A stretch of DNA of 63,003 nt, the filler included, from Octopus bimaculoides (taxonomy: Eukaryota), in the NCBI RefSeq assembly GCF_001194135.2. It is 7 parts of 5 records of this genome, joined end to end, with 100 filler letters (N's around TTAATTAATTAA, not from the genome) between each part and the next. Parts side by side here need not be neighbours in the genome. Positions count along the whole stretch, not along the records: positions 15,178 to 30,054 come from NC_068982.1; positions 30,155 to 35,013 come from NC_069004.1; positions 35,114 to 45,750 come from NC_068985.1; 4 more parts are not named here. The stretch is one strand, 5' to 3'. This document shows positions 25,621 to 37,040 of the stretch, one piece after another. How positions within the stretch are numbered: the stretch's first letter is position 1; each line of letters starts with the position of its first letter. The notes under the pieces were generated by a model that did no database searches, was not told the origin of the DNA, and saw nothing but the letters and a program-made list of their open reading frames with translations. The position numbers were made by a program, and so were the translations under genes.

Positions 25621-26561
25621 AATTTATAACGCTAACCTTATCACATGATACTACCTGAAGGATAAGGGTACACCTGTCAATAGCTTATTCAACTTGCAAT
25701 ATGATTCAATTCAGTTCATTGAACAACAATTATACATATGACTGTATATATGCTTGAATTCATCGTATCTAGCAGTAATTAACCAAACTATATCTATTGG
25801 CCGACAAATTATATGACATATGCTTCATGCGGTTTTAAGATACAATTTTCCCCCGTGTTAGATTTATGCTACTCTGCAGGTGTTTAATCGACATATTCAT
25901 CCCGAATAGGGCGTTTGCGTTTGACCGATTTCTCAAGATTTGCAGAAATATTGTCAGATTGACTGGAAAGCAACTTCTTCAATATATCAACTGCTAAATT
26001 ATGTGTTAATAATCAACGAAGTAGCACGTTCCAAATGAAATAAAATAGCCACGGGAGTCTCCTTTTTCGTTTCTTTCTTAATTCGTTTATTAAGAAATTG
26101 CTTGATTTCCGGTCACACTCCATTTTCGTTCCATCAGCTCTATAAAGATCACGTCATTACTTTGAATATCTGCACTTTTAGTTGACACATGAGAAACCAC
26201 GCAAGTCAGTCATTCTTCTTTAGATTATTAAATAGTTTCTTAAGCTGGCTAACGCACAGATGCTTATTGATCTTAGGAATAATAATTTTTGACAGAGCAT
26301 ATTCATGTAATCCCCTTTAACCGTTAATAATCAATGTTGCAACATTTTCGCTTTAATGTCAGCGATAGTAAACCCACGTGTCAATTTTAGTTATATTTTT
26401 GTTCTTTCTGCTCTGTTGAATCGTGGCTTGCTTGATCTTTCAGGAGTTGATGAAACGAAAAGTTGTTATGTTTCGCGATCGCAAAACGTCGCATCCGCTC
26501 CCTGATGCCTTGATATAGTCTACAAAAGAATATATTGAATCACTTTTATCTCCAGCTGGTA

Positions 26562-26750
26562 GCAATAGTCAACCAACTAGCTACACGCATTTGAATTGAC
26601 ACACACATACACACACACATACACACACGCGCGCACACACGCACCCACGCATACGCAATAGTCAACCAACTAGCTACACGCATATGAATAGATACACACA
26701 TACACACACACACACACATACACACACATACACAAACACGCACGCACACA
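26562..26750. repeat. About 93-bp tandem duplication
   Basis: gcaatagtcaaccaactagctacacgcat at 26562 and 26655, each followed by a (CA)-rich tract. Confidence 0.85.
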
Positions 26751-26934
26751 CACTCAAATAAACACGATCACGCACACACTCATGTATACGCATATACATA
26801 TACATTCGTATATATATATATATATATATATATTCTGAGATCGTGTGCTGGAACGAAAACAATTGCAGCGTGGAAGGTGTTTACACACACATACATATAT
26901 ATATGTATGTATATATACATATAGGTAGTTCATT

Positions 26935-27231
26935 AGTTGTTTAGTCAATTAGTCGGTTAATTAGCTAGCTCTTAAGTTAATTAGTTAGTAAATTGGTTAA
27001 ATGGTTAGTTAATTAGTTGGTCAGTTGGTTTGTAAATTAGTTAGTTAGTTAGTTAGTTAGTTAGTCAGTAACTTGGATAGTTGGTTAGATGATTAATTAA
27101 TAAGTTGATTAGTAAGATGGTTAGTTAATTAATTGATTAGTTAGTTATTTAGTTAGGTAATTAATTAGTTATTTGGTTATTTGGTTACTTGGTTAGTTAA
27201 ATGATTATTTAGATGGTTAGTTAATTTATCG

Positions 27232-27263
<32 letters not shown>

Positions 27264-27620
27264 ATTAGTTAGTCCAATTGATAGATAGATAGGTTTCTTT
27301 ATTAGCCACACAGGGCTCCACACAGAGGGNNNNNNNNNNNNNNNNNNNNNNNNNNNNNNNNNNNNNNNNNNNNNNNNNNNNNNNNNNNNNNNNNNNNNNN
27401 NNNNNNNNNNNNNNNNNNNNNNNNNNNNNGACTGAAAATGTCAGTCAGTTCTTAGTAAATTTCTTCGTTATTTAGCTTAAGTAGTTAGATTTTTATCAGT
27501 TACTTAATTGGTGAGTTGTTTGTTAGTTAATTAGTTGGTGAGTTAATAGTTAATTAGTTGTGTATTTGGCCAGTTAGTTAGTTGGTCATTTAGTTGTTTA
27601 GTTAGTTAGTTAGTTAAGTG
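26935..27620. repeat. Degenerate (TTAG)n/(GTTA)n low-complexity region, interrupted by a SINE-1 tail A end and a gap at 27293-27429
   Basis: ttagttagttag runs with substitutions on both sides of the gap. Confidence 0.8.
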
Positions 27621-29119
27621 CCAGGCTTAAAGTGTGAGTATACATACGTGCATACACATAATTGGTATAAGTGTGTGCGCATTATGCGGTTGTATATAAT
27701 GTGTGAGAAACTGTTTGAGTGAGTGTGAGTGTGCCCGTTGTGTAATTTCGTTCTAAGGAACCTTTCTTGGATGCTCCGGGTCAATGCTTCGTCAGTGATG
27801 TTTCTTTCATCTTGTTGGGTTTCTGTTCCAGCAACATCTATTTACCTCGATCGATTGATTTTCTGATCTAGGTAGGATTGAGCGAGTTCCGGCTCTTATT
27901 ACACACACACACACACTCACATATATAGATACACCATTACATACACGCATATACATACACACATATACATATATATATGTAAATGTAGGTATTTATTTTA
28001 TATACGTATATTTACTTGTATAGTTATATGATAGTTATAAGCGTGAAAACATATACACACATATTTACTGACATATATAAACATAAATAAATGCAAATAT
28101 TAAACTCTCCAATATAACATATCCCACTGTATTCATAAATATATATTTCAAAATATTCATAAATACTTATTTCTTAAATACATATTCTGTTATTCAGTAT
28201 TAGCGTATAATATCTGAAGTAGCATTGCTGCAACATATATTTATAAGTGTGTGTGGTTTTTGTATATTCAAAATATTGCTAATTTAATTCTATGCATTTG
28301 CATAGGAAGGAGAATATAATCCTCTTTGAACATTCCCTTTTTAGTGATTAAACCTAAATGTTCAGAATATAGTTTGATTCCACAAAGGTGACTTCATCTT
28401 TATACCTAATCCCAACAAAATGCTGCTACTTCAAAAGCGACCCAATTGTGTCGTTTCAGCTTTTTGTGAAGTCAAGCCCTGCTGACATTTTCAATAATAA
28501 AATAGTATTCATCAAATAATTGTTTATTTCTTCATTTCTTTTCTCAACTAAATTACGTTTATTTTCTGTACACTACTACAAACATTTACTGTAGAAAAGA
28601 AAAAGAAAAAAAAATAGGGTAAAGTAGTTGATAGATATTATATATGATTTTAAAATATGATGGGAAGAATGGATTTCAATTTTACAGATATTTGTCGATA
28701 TTTTATTTGCTTGAGTAGTTTGGTGATTGTTTGTTTCACACTTGAACGACGCAAGAACTATGTTTTTATTCAAGCCAAAGCTTAGATTGTACATTTTTTA
28801 ATATATCACGTCTGTTGGCCTACTCTAATACAAAAATTCCTACTAGACATTGTTTTCTGCGTGGAAGGACACTCGTTATAATTTGATAGTTCAAAGGTAA
28901 TATAAGTGGCCTTATCAATGATTTTTGTGAGAAAACGAAATAAGTGTGAGTCCATTTCTTACCCAGATTCAATAATTAAACCATAGATGATAATTTGACA
29001 GCGAGACAAAAATATATATTACATAAATACATGTGTATAATTCACAAACATATTTTCAATGAAGCAGGAATCATGTCTTCATGAAGTTTTTGTTAAATAT
29101 TACACACAAATATTATACA

Positions 29120-29545
29120 TAGGTGTAGGCGAGGTTGTGTGGTAAGAAATTGCTTCCTAACCTCATGGTTTCGGGTTCAGTTTCACTGCGTGGAAACTTA
29201 GGTGTTTTCTACTATAGCTTCGGGCCGACTAAAGCCATGTGAGTGGCTTTGGTAAACGGAAACTGAAATAAAGACCGTCGTAGATACACGTATGAATATC
29301 TGCGTGCGCGCGCGCGTGTGTGTGTGTGTGTGGCTTTGTGTCTGTGTGTTTTACTATCGCATCACAACCGATGTACATGTGTTTACGTCCCCTCCCCGTG
29401 ACTTAGCGGTTCGGGAAAAGACCGATAGTATACGTACTAGGCTTACAAAGAATGAGTCTCGGGTCGATTTCTTCGGCTAAAAGGCTGTGTACCAGCATGG
29501 CCGCAGTCAAATGACTGAAACAAGTACATGAATAAGAGGATACAA
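29120..29545 (+). mobile_element. SINE-2 family, near full-length copy
   Basis: tRNA-like head (gtgtggtaag A-box-like, gggttcagtt B-box-like), internal (GT)n, conserved 3' half ending ccagcatggccgcagtcaaatgactgaaacaagta. Confidence 0.85.
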
Positions 29546-29914
29546 GAATGAATATATAAACATTTATGTAGATATATATAAATCTTTTACATGCTTCACT
29601 CACTAGACTTCAGCCTTGCCACGGCTGAATCAATCGCAATCCTTATTTTATTATAAACCCAATACATGTTTTATCAAACTTTTAGGCCAAACAGCTAAGT
29701 TACCGGGACGTAAATAATCCAACTTCGGTTGTGAAACAGTGGTGGAAGACAAAGACAAAAACACACCACACACACATACATTTATATATACTTGTGTGTG
29801 TGTGTGCGTGTGTATCCCGAGCGTCCAATAACACTATCCGTATCACGTTCTCATTTTGTTGTTTTTTTGTTATTGTTTTTTTGTGTTTTTTTTAACTATA
29901 TATATATATATATA

Positions 29915-30054
29915 TATATAAATAATATATGAGTATATGCATATATATGTACATGTATGTACATACCTTCATCTACATGTACATATAGATACATATCTGG
30001 GTACATGACGTTGCAAAAAAACATGGACAAAAAGATAAACAAGGTACAAAAAAC
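29915..30054. repeat. Interspersed repeat, copy 1 (copy 2 at 55015-55150)
   Basis: aatatatgagtatatgcatatatatgtacatgtatgt(a/g)cataccttcatctacatgtacatatagatacata..gggtacatgacgt..catggacaaaa..gataaacaaggtaca is near-identical in both copies. Confidence 0.85.
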
Positions 30055-30098
30055 NNNNNNNNNNNNNNNNNNNNNNNNNNNNNNNNNNNNNNNNNNNN

Positions 30099-30110
30099 TT
30101 AATTAATTAA
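30099..30110. other. Assembly linker TTAATTAATTAA
   Basis: 44N+12+44N construct. Confidence 0.9.
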
Positions 30111-30914
30111 NNNNNNNNNNNNNNNNNNNNNNNNNNNNNNNNNNNNNNNNNNNNAAGGTTTAGTCAAACACATCTTTATACTGATAAAATTTAGAAAAAC
30201 GTTTTTTTAGAATTTTGGGTTAATGTTTACATCTTGACCTGAAGAAGAAAATCCAAATAAAAATACTGGAATGGGTATAAAACAAGAATATGAATAAAAA
30301 AAAAAAATGTGCGCAAAGCAACGGGAGCGGGGAAAGGACTTCCGAAAATTCACAAGGTCCGAGTTTTTCCCTCATGACTTTTAGGGTTTGGGTTTTGGGT
30401 TAGGGTTTTTGTTACGCCAAAAAACGGGTGGTGTGCGTATTCCTCACCTCCGCCTGACAATTGATTGTACCGCATCTCACCTGTAAGAGACAGATACAAG
30501 ATGTGTGGAGACGATGGTAGTGGTTTTAAATAAAGAATCTTGTGAATTCCATTTCCCTCCGTTAATACTTTTATATAAACTGTACGGGCATAAAGGAATT
30601 CCTGAAGTAAATCCTGTGGTATATATCTCCATACTGTTGTTGACATCAGGTAGCCGAATACTGTGGATGGGCTTTAAACAGCATTCTACAACTCGAATTA
30701 TTACATGTGATACATACAAACATACTCACACGAGTAAGCACATAGATGCAAAACAAAGCGGAAAAAATAGTATTCGAATATTGAAGGTGGTAGGATCATA
30801 TACTTTTTATTAAAGCTGTAAAAATCTTGACATTAGAGTTTCATGTTTCCATTCTTTGGACGATTGTGATAAATACTGAATTAAAATTGAGGTGGTACAT
30901 GTAATTTGCAGATG

Positions 30915-31074
30915 TGGAAAAGAGTTCAAGCACTGCTTCAAACAGTGGAAAACGCGCCTGGACCGATGCATTGCTTCCAATGAAGAATTCTTTGAAGGTG
31001 ATAAAAGTATAAACATATAAAACTGTGAATAAAATAATATTGCAAAATTCCGGTTTCTTTTGGGTACCGTCTCA
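30915..31074 (+). mobile_element. Mariner transposon 3' end (transposase C-terminus plus TIR)
   Basis: EFKHCFKQWKTRLDRCIASNEEFFEGDK matches mariner F..CF..W..R..KCI...GxYFEGD. It is followed by the TIR-like aattccggtttcttttgggtaccgtctca and then TA. Confidence 0.75.
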
Positions 31075-31342
31075 TATTAATTCAAGCCGGGAATACGTAA
31101 AAGACTTTTTTGACTCAACCTAAATATGTGTACACAGACACCCAAATTTTCTTTCTTGGTATAAAGGTTGAAATGTTTCAGAAACCGTAGAAACTCCCTT
31201 CGCCTGTAAGGCCTTCTCTTTGAACTGATGTCCTTTGCTTCCATCAAACTCATCATCAAGACGGCCAGATTAACAGCTGTCTCACACATGTCACGCACCA
31301 ACACACTAACACATACATACACACACACACACACATGCAAAC

Positions 31343-31660
31343 GGTAATCTTCCAGTTTAGGGAGGTAAAAAAAGTAAATAAAATTACAAGGGAAATAACT
31401 TAACGTCTTACTAGTATAATCCGTACGACTCTGAAATGTGTTTTTTTTTTTAGCTGTTTATAAATAAATCACACACGTGTTTTTTTTTTTTAACAAGTCC
31501 ACATGGTACTAAACAATCCTCGCAGGTAAACTTATTCCTAATAAGCCGACGGCGCGCACACCATTCCAACATTTTGTGTACGGATAATACTAGTAAGACG
31601 GTTAAGTTATTTCCCTTGTATATTTTTATTTACTTTTTTACCGCCCTAAACTGGAAGATT
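31343..31660. mobile_element. MITE A, about 83-bp TIRs, Merlin-like terminus GGTAATCTTCC
   Basis: 31343-31426 is the near-perfect reverse complement of 31578-31660. The right end stops at ggaagatt and lacks the terminal acc. Confidence 0.8.
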
Positions 31661-32217
31661 GGATCTTTTTTAAAACGGGAGCCACATTTTTCATTAACGA
31701 AACACTTTGAAACTTGGAACACTGGTAGAATGGGTCATATAAAACATCTTTTTCTCTNNNNNNNNNNNNNNNNNNNNNNNNNNNNNNNNNNNNNNNNNNN
31801 NNNNNNNNNNNNNNNNNNNNNNNNNNNNNNNNNNNNNNNNNNNNNNNNNNNNNNNNNNNNNNNNNNNNNNNNNNNNNNNNNNNNNNNNNNNNNNNNNNNN
31901 NNNNNNNNNNNNNNNNAGGGTTAGGGTTAGGGTTAAAGCAAATTTAAAATGAAAAAAGCAAATAAAACGAAGAATCGTTTGTTTATGTAGTCGGCACTTA
32001 ATGTATATCGACTGAATGGACGTCAGTGATTGGTTGAAATTATCGAAATAAGACAATTTTTTACATGAAATAAATTCGAATACAAAAATATTTTTCTGTT
32101 CTATAACACAAAATAGATAAGTATACGAAGTTTGAAAGTCTTTCGGTACCAAAAACACTACGTAAAACATTAATGAAAAATGTGGCCCCCGTTTTAAAAA
32201 AGATCCGGAAGATTACC
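31661..32217. mobile_element. MITE B, 37-bp inner TIR (36/37) plus right terminus GGAAGATTACC, contains (TTAGGG)n
   Basis: 31661-31697 versus 32170-32206 inverted. 32207-32217 is the reverse complement of 31343-31353. agggttagggttagggtt at 31917-31934 follows an internal gap. Confidence 0.75.
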
Positions 32218-32649
32218 CATACACACATGCAAACATGCACATACGATATATAACATATGTTTATGCTTGTGTGTGTAGAGGTACAAACAAGGATGTCTTG
32301 TAAGAAAGGGATGTGCTTTCAAGCCATATGATTTTAGGTTCAATTCCACTGCAATGGCACCCTTGTCTTCTACTATAGCCCCAAACAAAACCGAAGCGTA
32401 AACAATGCAAGGAATAAACATTTAAATTTGATTGGGCAACAGATTTTCAAAATGCAACGGTTTTCTTTACAGGTTGGGTGTGTTGGGAATGTGAAAATTA
32501 ACAAACGCATCATATACAAACATTCGCACACACACACACATTTATACATATCTTCAAGCAAGCACGTAAATGTTCAACTGGGTGACTAACTTTCAAAATA
32601 CAATGGTATGGTTTCCGCTACAATTAGACTGTCACAATGGCTCTCCTTA

Positions 32650-32790
32650 AGGAGTCTTAGATTAGACATCTTATCTACACATCCCACTGATGCAATGCTG
32701 AGACAAGTCACTGAAGCTGTCTGTATACAGCAATACAAACCCACCATCAACCGTAAATCCGAATGGGGTAACACCCAGATTCCACTCGGG
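32650..32790 (+). mobile_element. Penelope-like endonuclease extreme C-terminus
   Basis: LRLDILSTHPTDAMLRQVTEAVCIQQYKPTINRKSEWGNTQIP fits the PLE IL....DAMxRQIxEAVxI....PxxNxKxEWG ending. Confidence 0.6.
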
Positions 32791-33131
32791 AGCACCCATT
32801 TATAATCACCCCTTTCTCTCATTTACATGTAGAAATCCATACATACATGTTGAGATGCATGATACTGAAATACATATATGTAGTTATATATATAATCGTA
32901 TGAGTGTACATAGATTAATACGTATGTGTTGTGTGTGAGTATGTACATGTATGCACGTGGAGGAATGAAAATAGATGTGAGATACGCATTGTAGATCCAT
33001 TATTTAGGCAGAATGGTATACATATAAGATTCCAATACCTTGTGAGTAAAATCCAATAGTATCTAAAATTGGTCATTCCAAGCATAAAGTTTTCACTTTA
33101 AATAAAACCCTTGATTCAATAGCACTGTGTA

Positions 33132-33289
33132 CCCTAGCCCTAATCATAAAACCTTAACCCTAACCCTAAAACTCTAACCTTAAAACCCTAACCCTAAAAC
33201 CTTAACCCTAACCCTAACCCTAATCCTAAAACCTTTACCCTCACCCGCAAATCCTAACCCTAACCCTAAAACCCCAACCCTAACCCTAA
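33132..33289. repeat. Degenerate interstitial telomere-type (CCCTAA)n tract
   Basis: accctaaccctaa units interspersed with aaa, ccttaa and ccctca variants. Confidence 0.85.
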
Positions 33290-34384
33290 GTACAAAGATT
33301 TTTGGAAATTCTTTTCAGAATCATAATCTCCGTATTTTTCCGCATATTTTGAAAAATAAATAAATAAATAAATAAAATTCTGAAAAAAGGTAAAAAATGA
33401 AAAAATTTCGTATTCTCCGTAGCCGAAAACGGGGATTTGTGTAGAAAAAAAAAAGGTATGTTTTTTTTGGGGTGGGTGTGGGGGGAGGGGGGAATACAAA
33501 AGGCAGTCTTGACCCTTTCGGAAGCTGGTTATATACTTACTGGTTCTTTTTAAGTACCAGTGTACCAGTGTGAAACACTGGCATCGATGTGATTGACCAT
33601 ACCTGCCCGGCAAACTTCAGGCCGTCCGTTGATTGGATAATTCCTATAACTCTTCTATTGTCAAAGATAGAAAAATAAAACAAGTGGGGGAAATATAAAT
33701 CAGTAACAGCGTACGCTGGAAGTTTTGCAGGTCAGTTCATGTGCATGGATATTTATAATTTCATTTTATAACTGCTATTTTTAGCGATTCTTTGTTAAGT
33801 GAGAGTGTGAATGTAAGGCGGCCACGTCGTTCGCCGTCCTTTTTTTTGTTTGTTTCTAGCCTAACATGTTTATACTTCTATAATAAACAAAATATTCTAG
33901 CCAGTTTGGCGATCTTTTAAATACAATTCCTAATAATATTTAATTAGAAAACCATTTTGGATTTTTTAAACATAGAATGGTTATAAGGAGGAATCCAAGT
34001 AAACTAGAAATCAAAAGCTTCTACAGGCGACAAATGTTTAAAAAAAAACTATTGCTCTTTGTTATGAGGGAATGTGATCCTTTTCCTGTTTCGTTTGGAC
34101 ATTTTTGTTCTGTTCATTGGGGGATGATAATCGGTGTGTCGAAAAATTTATGCAAGTTAACTGAATGTATCCGATGACAGATACATAATTACATATGGAC
34201 ACAGAGGTACCATTCGAAAAGAGTGGTCCCGGTGCGCGCATCCGCGCTAGCTAGTCGTGAATAGTCGATCCTACAATGAGTATCTAGCACGAATGCGTGT
34301 ATGCGCAAAACATGTATGAGGGTTTTTTTTTAAAAACAAAGTAAATAATTTCTTTTTTGTTGAATCTTCCCCATCTTACGCTTA

Positions 34385-34545
34385 AAACATTGTTTTACGT
34401 TCTTCCAGGGTGTATTTTGGTATCACATCTATTTCGGTAACCCCATTGTACGCACTCCAACAATCAGAATATAGAATCGTCCCTTGTTTGATGACCTTAT
34501 ATATTTTCAACAGATGTCGCTGAGATCCTGTAGATTGAAGTATAT
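34385..34545 (-). mobile_element. Merlin (IS1016/ISXO2-like) DDE transposase remnant
   Basis: Minus strand reads LLKIYKVIKQGTILYSDCWSAYNGVTEIDVIPKY, preceded after a frameshift by a D-SATS-like segment. Matches Merlin DRSAxTLL..I..GT.I.SDxWxAY. Confidence 0.7.
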
Positions 34546-35057
34546 TCACAGGTCTGTTATAAAAACTAAAACTTTTTCCGAGATTCAGTGATAGGAATTT
34601 CGGAAAATTCACACGATCTGACTTTCTTCCCCCCAAGGGGGCGAGAAGGGGGAAGGAATTTCGGATCAGACGGCCCACATAAGCTGGAAATTAGGGCAAT
34701 TAAAAATTTTTTTTTTCACTATGCAATCAAAATCCATGGGAGAAATATTTTCAGAGGAAAATGTGTGATGTAAGGGAGATCTGGCTGTTGTTTCTAGCAC
34801 ATCCCAAGATCTCCTTCCTTGTTTCTTTTTCACTCACACCTATTGATGTTTTCCAATATTTTTCTGAAAGACTTCCTCCCGTCACGTCCCCACCACCTCA
34901 TTTTCTCGCAAATAATTGTTTTAAAAAATTTTCTTTGTCAAAAACCCACGTTTTCGGAGATTCCAGAAAATTGCCAAATATCGGAATTTTGAAATTTTTT
35001 GACCCCCACCCCCNNNNNNNNNNNNNNNNNNNNNNNNNNNNNNNNNNNNNNNNNNNN

Positions 35058-35069
35058 TTAATTAATTAA
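35058..35069. other. Assembly linker TTAATTAATTAA
   Basis: 44N+12+44N construct. Confidence 0.9.
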
Positions 35070-35113
35070 NNNNNNNNNNNNNNNNNNNNNNNNNNNNNNN
35101 NNNNNNNNNNNNN

Positions 35114-35200
<87 letters not shown>

Positions 35201-35844
35201 CATACATGTATGAGTGTGTAAATTTTACACTTGCAATCTTCTTGTTCAGTCTATGATAAACAGTAATAATTTCAGTTTTAAGATACTTTCATAAAAATCT
35301 AAATTTTATAATTATGACTTCGCGGCTCTCAGGTTTTCCCAATTTTCAGCGCATAACTAAGCCATATTCCCCTCTATCTTTAAAACTATTCACTTCTTTC
35401 TCACTTCTAGTTTGACATTAGAATATTGCATGCATGTCTTCGTGTTTCTATTTTCGTTACAACATTATTTTCGTGCTGTTGTTGTTTATTTATTCTACAA
35501 TGTTGTTCATGTCACTGTTAATTTATCATAGGTGATATTTTTTGTTAGCATCCAATAATTATCTTTTCGTTATTAAATATTGTTGTTTATGTTCGCCTTG
35601 TCTTTTAGTGTTTTCGGCTGTCATTTACGATGCGAGGATTTCATTCCAGCCGGTCAGGCGCAACTAATTCTATCCTACTGCTTAGAATATTTTGTCATTG
35701 TCCATTGTCGAACATAGAACGGAGTGATTACAGGGCAGTATAGATACAATTTATAGCAGAGCAGGCGACCTCATCGGGTCTCTATCATAAAATTAAACAA
35801 TAGGGGTTATTTAGTTAATTAATGATGTCAGTGATAATAATAAT

Positions 35845-36050
35845 TGTTTCAGATTTTGGCAAATTAAGGCCAGCAAATCACATGTGCAGATTAATCGATT
35901 TCATTGAAATCAGTGAATGACTGGTACTTTGTACTATCGACTCCGAAAGGCTGAAAAGCCACGCTGATTTCGGTGGTATTAGCAGTCAGAACGTAAAGAG
36001 TCGAAAGGAAATTATACCAAAAAATTTGTTTGCGCGCTAACGATTCTGCG
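35845..36050 (-). mobile_element. SINE-1 copy, tail C type, diverged
   Basis: ttttggc..ggccagcaa tail, tatcgactccgaaaggctgaaaag core, cgcgctaacgattctgc head. Confidence 0.65.
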
Positions 36051-36084
36051 AATATTAAAAATAATCTACTCTACTATAAGCATA

Positions 36085-36260
36085 ATGCCCGGTATTTTAG
36101 GAGCGGGAGCTATTCGATTGCATCGACCTCCCAGTGCTCAACTAGCACTATTTCATCGATCCCGACAGGAAGAAAACAAAGTCGATCGCTGCGGAATTTG
36201 AACTCAGAACATAAAGACAGACGAAATACTGTTGTGCTAACAATTCTGCTAAAAGCTTTC
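36085..36260 (-). mobile_element. SINE-1 copy, diverged
   Basis: catcgacctcccagtgctcaactagcact..aaagtcgatcgctgcggaatttgaactcagaacataaagacagacgaaatac. Confidence 0.7.
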
Positions 36261-37040
36261 ACTCATGCTGAAACATCTATCCTTCACTCGCCCTAGGACG
36301 TTGGGTGTGTCTCGGCAAGTAATTGTAACAAATATGCAGATTAAAAGTAAATAACAAGCTTATAATAATTCTGCTTGTCGTTGCGTTACTTAGCCCGTCG
36401 GTAACGCTTTCACGTGATTAGAGAAAAAGAGGGAGAAAGAAAAGAGGGAGAGAGAAGCGTCCATGACGTGAGGTAGAAGGAATGCAATTGTAATGTTTTC
36501 ATGTGATTAGTTGAAGCGAAAGAGAGGAGAAACAAAGGTGAAGAGTGAGACAGAAAGAGGGAAAAAGAAAAAGGGAGAGAGAAGCGTTCATGAGGTAATA
36601 TTTATTACGTGGTTTAAAGCATTAGTTAAAAGTAGAGGAGGAGAGTTAAAAATATAATTTTAGCAGAGTGGTGATGTTCTGACGGTGACGTTAAAGAAAG
36701 GCAGAGAGGGGGGAGAGAAAGAGGAGGAGAGAGAAAAAGAGGAGGGAGAGAGAGAGGAGAGAAAGAGAGAAAGAGGAGGAGAGATGGTGATGATGATGGT
36801 GGCGGTGGTGGAAACGGAGGTGATGGTGGTGATGGAGGTGGTGGTTGGATAGGGAAAAGTGTATTTTTTTAAAAATTGAGTTTCTCTCTTAGGAACTGCA
36901 AAAATTATCAGATGGGTTCTAAGCTCTTCAAAGACTGCTGAGAACTTGTGGATACTTAAGGTTACGGGTAGTAACCCGCTACCCACATAAATCCTACCAA
37001 GAATAAGACTAAATATGAGCCAGACCAAAATAATAATAAT

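Noticed and set aside
27730-27800. Minus-strand CTGACGAAG...CGAAA
   Set aside because: Intervening 40 nt do not form stem II and flanks do not pair.
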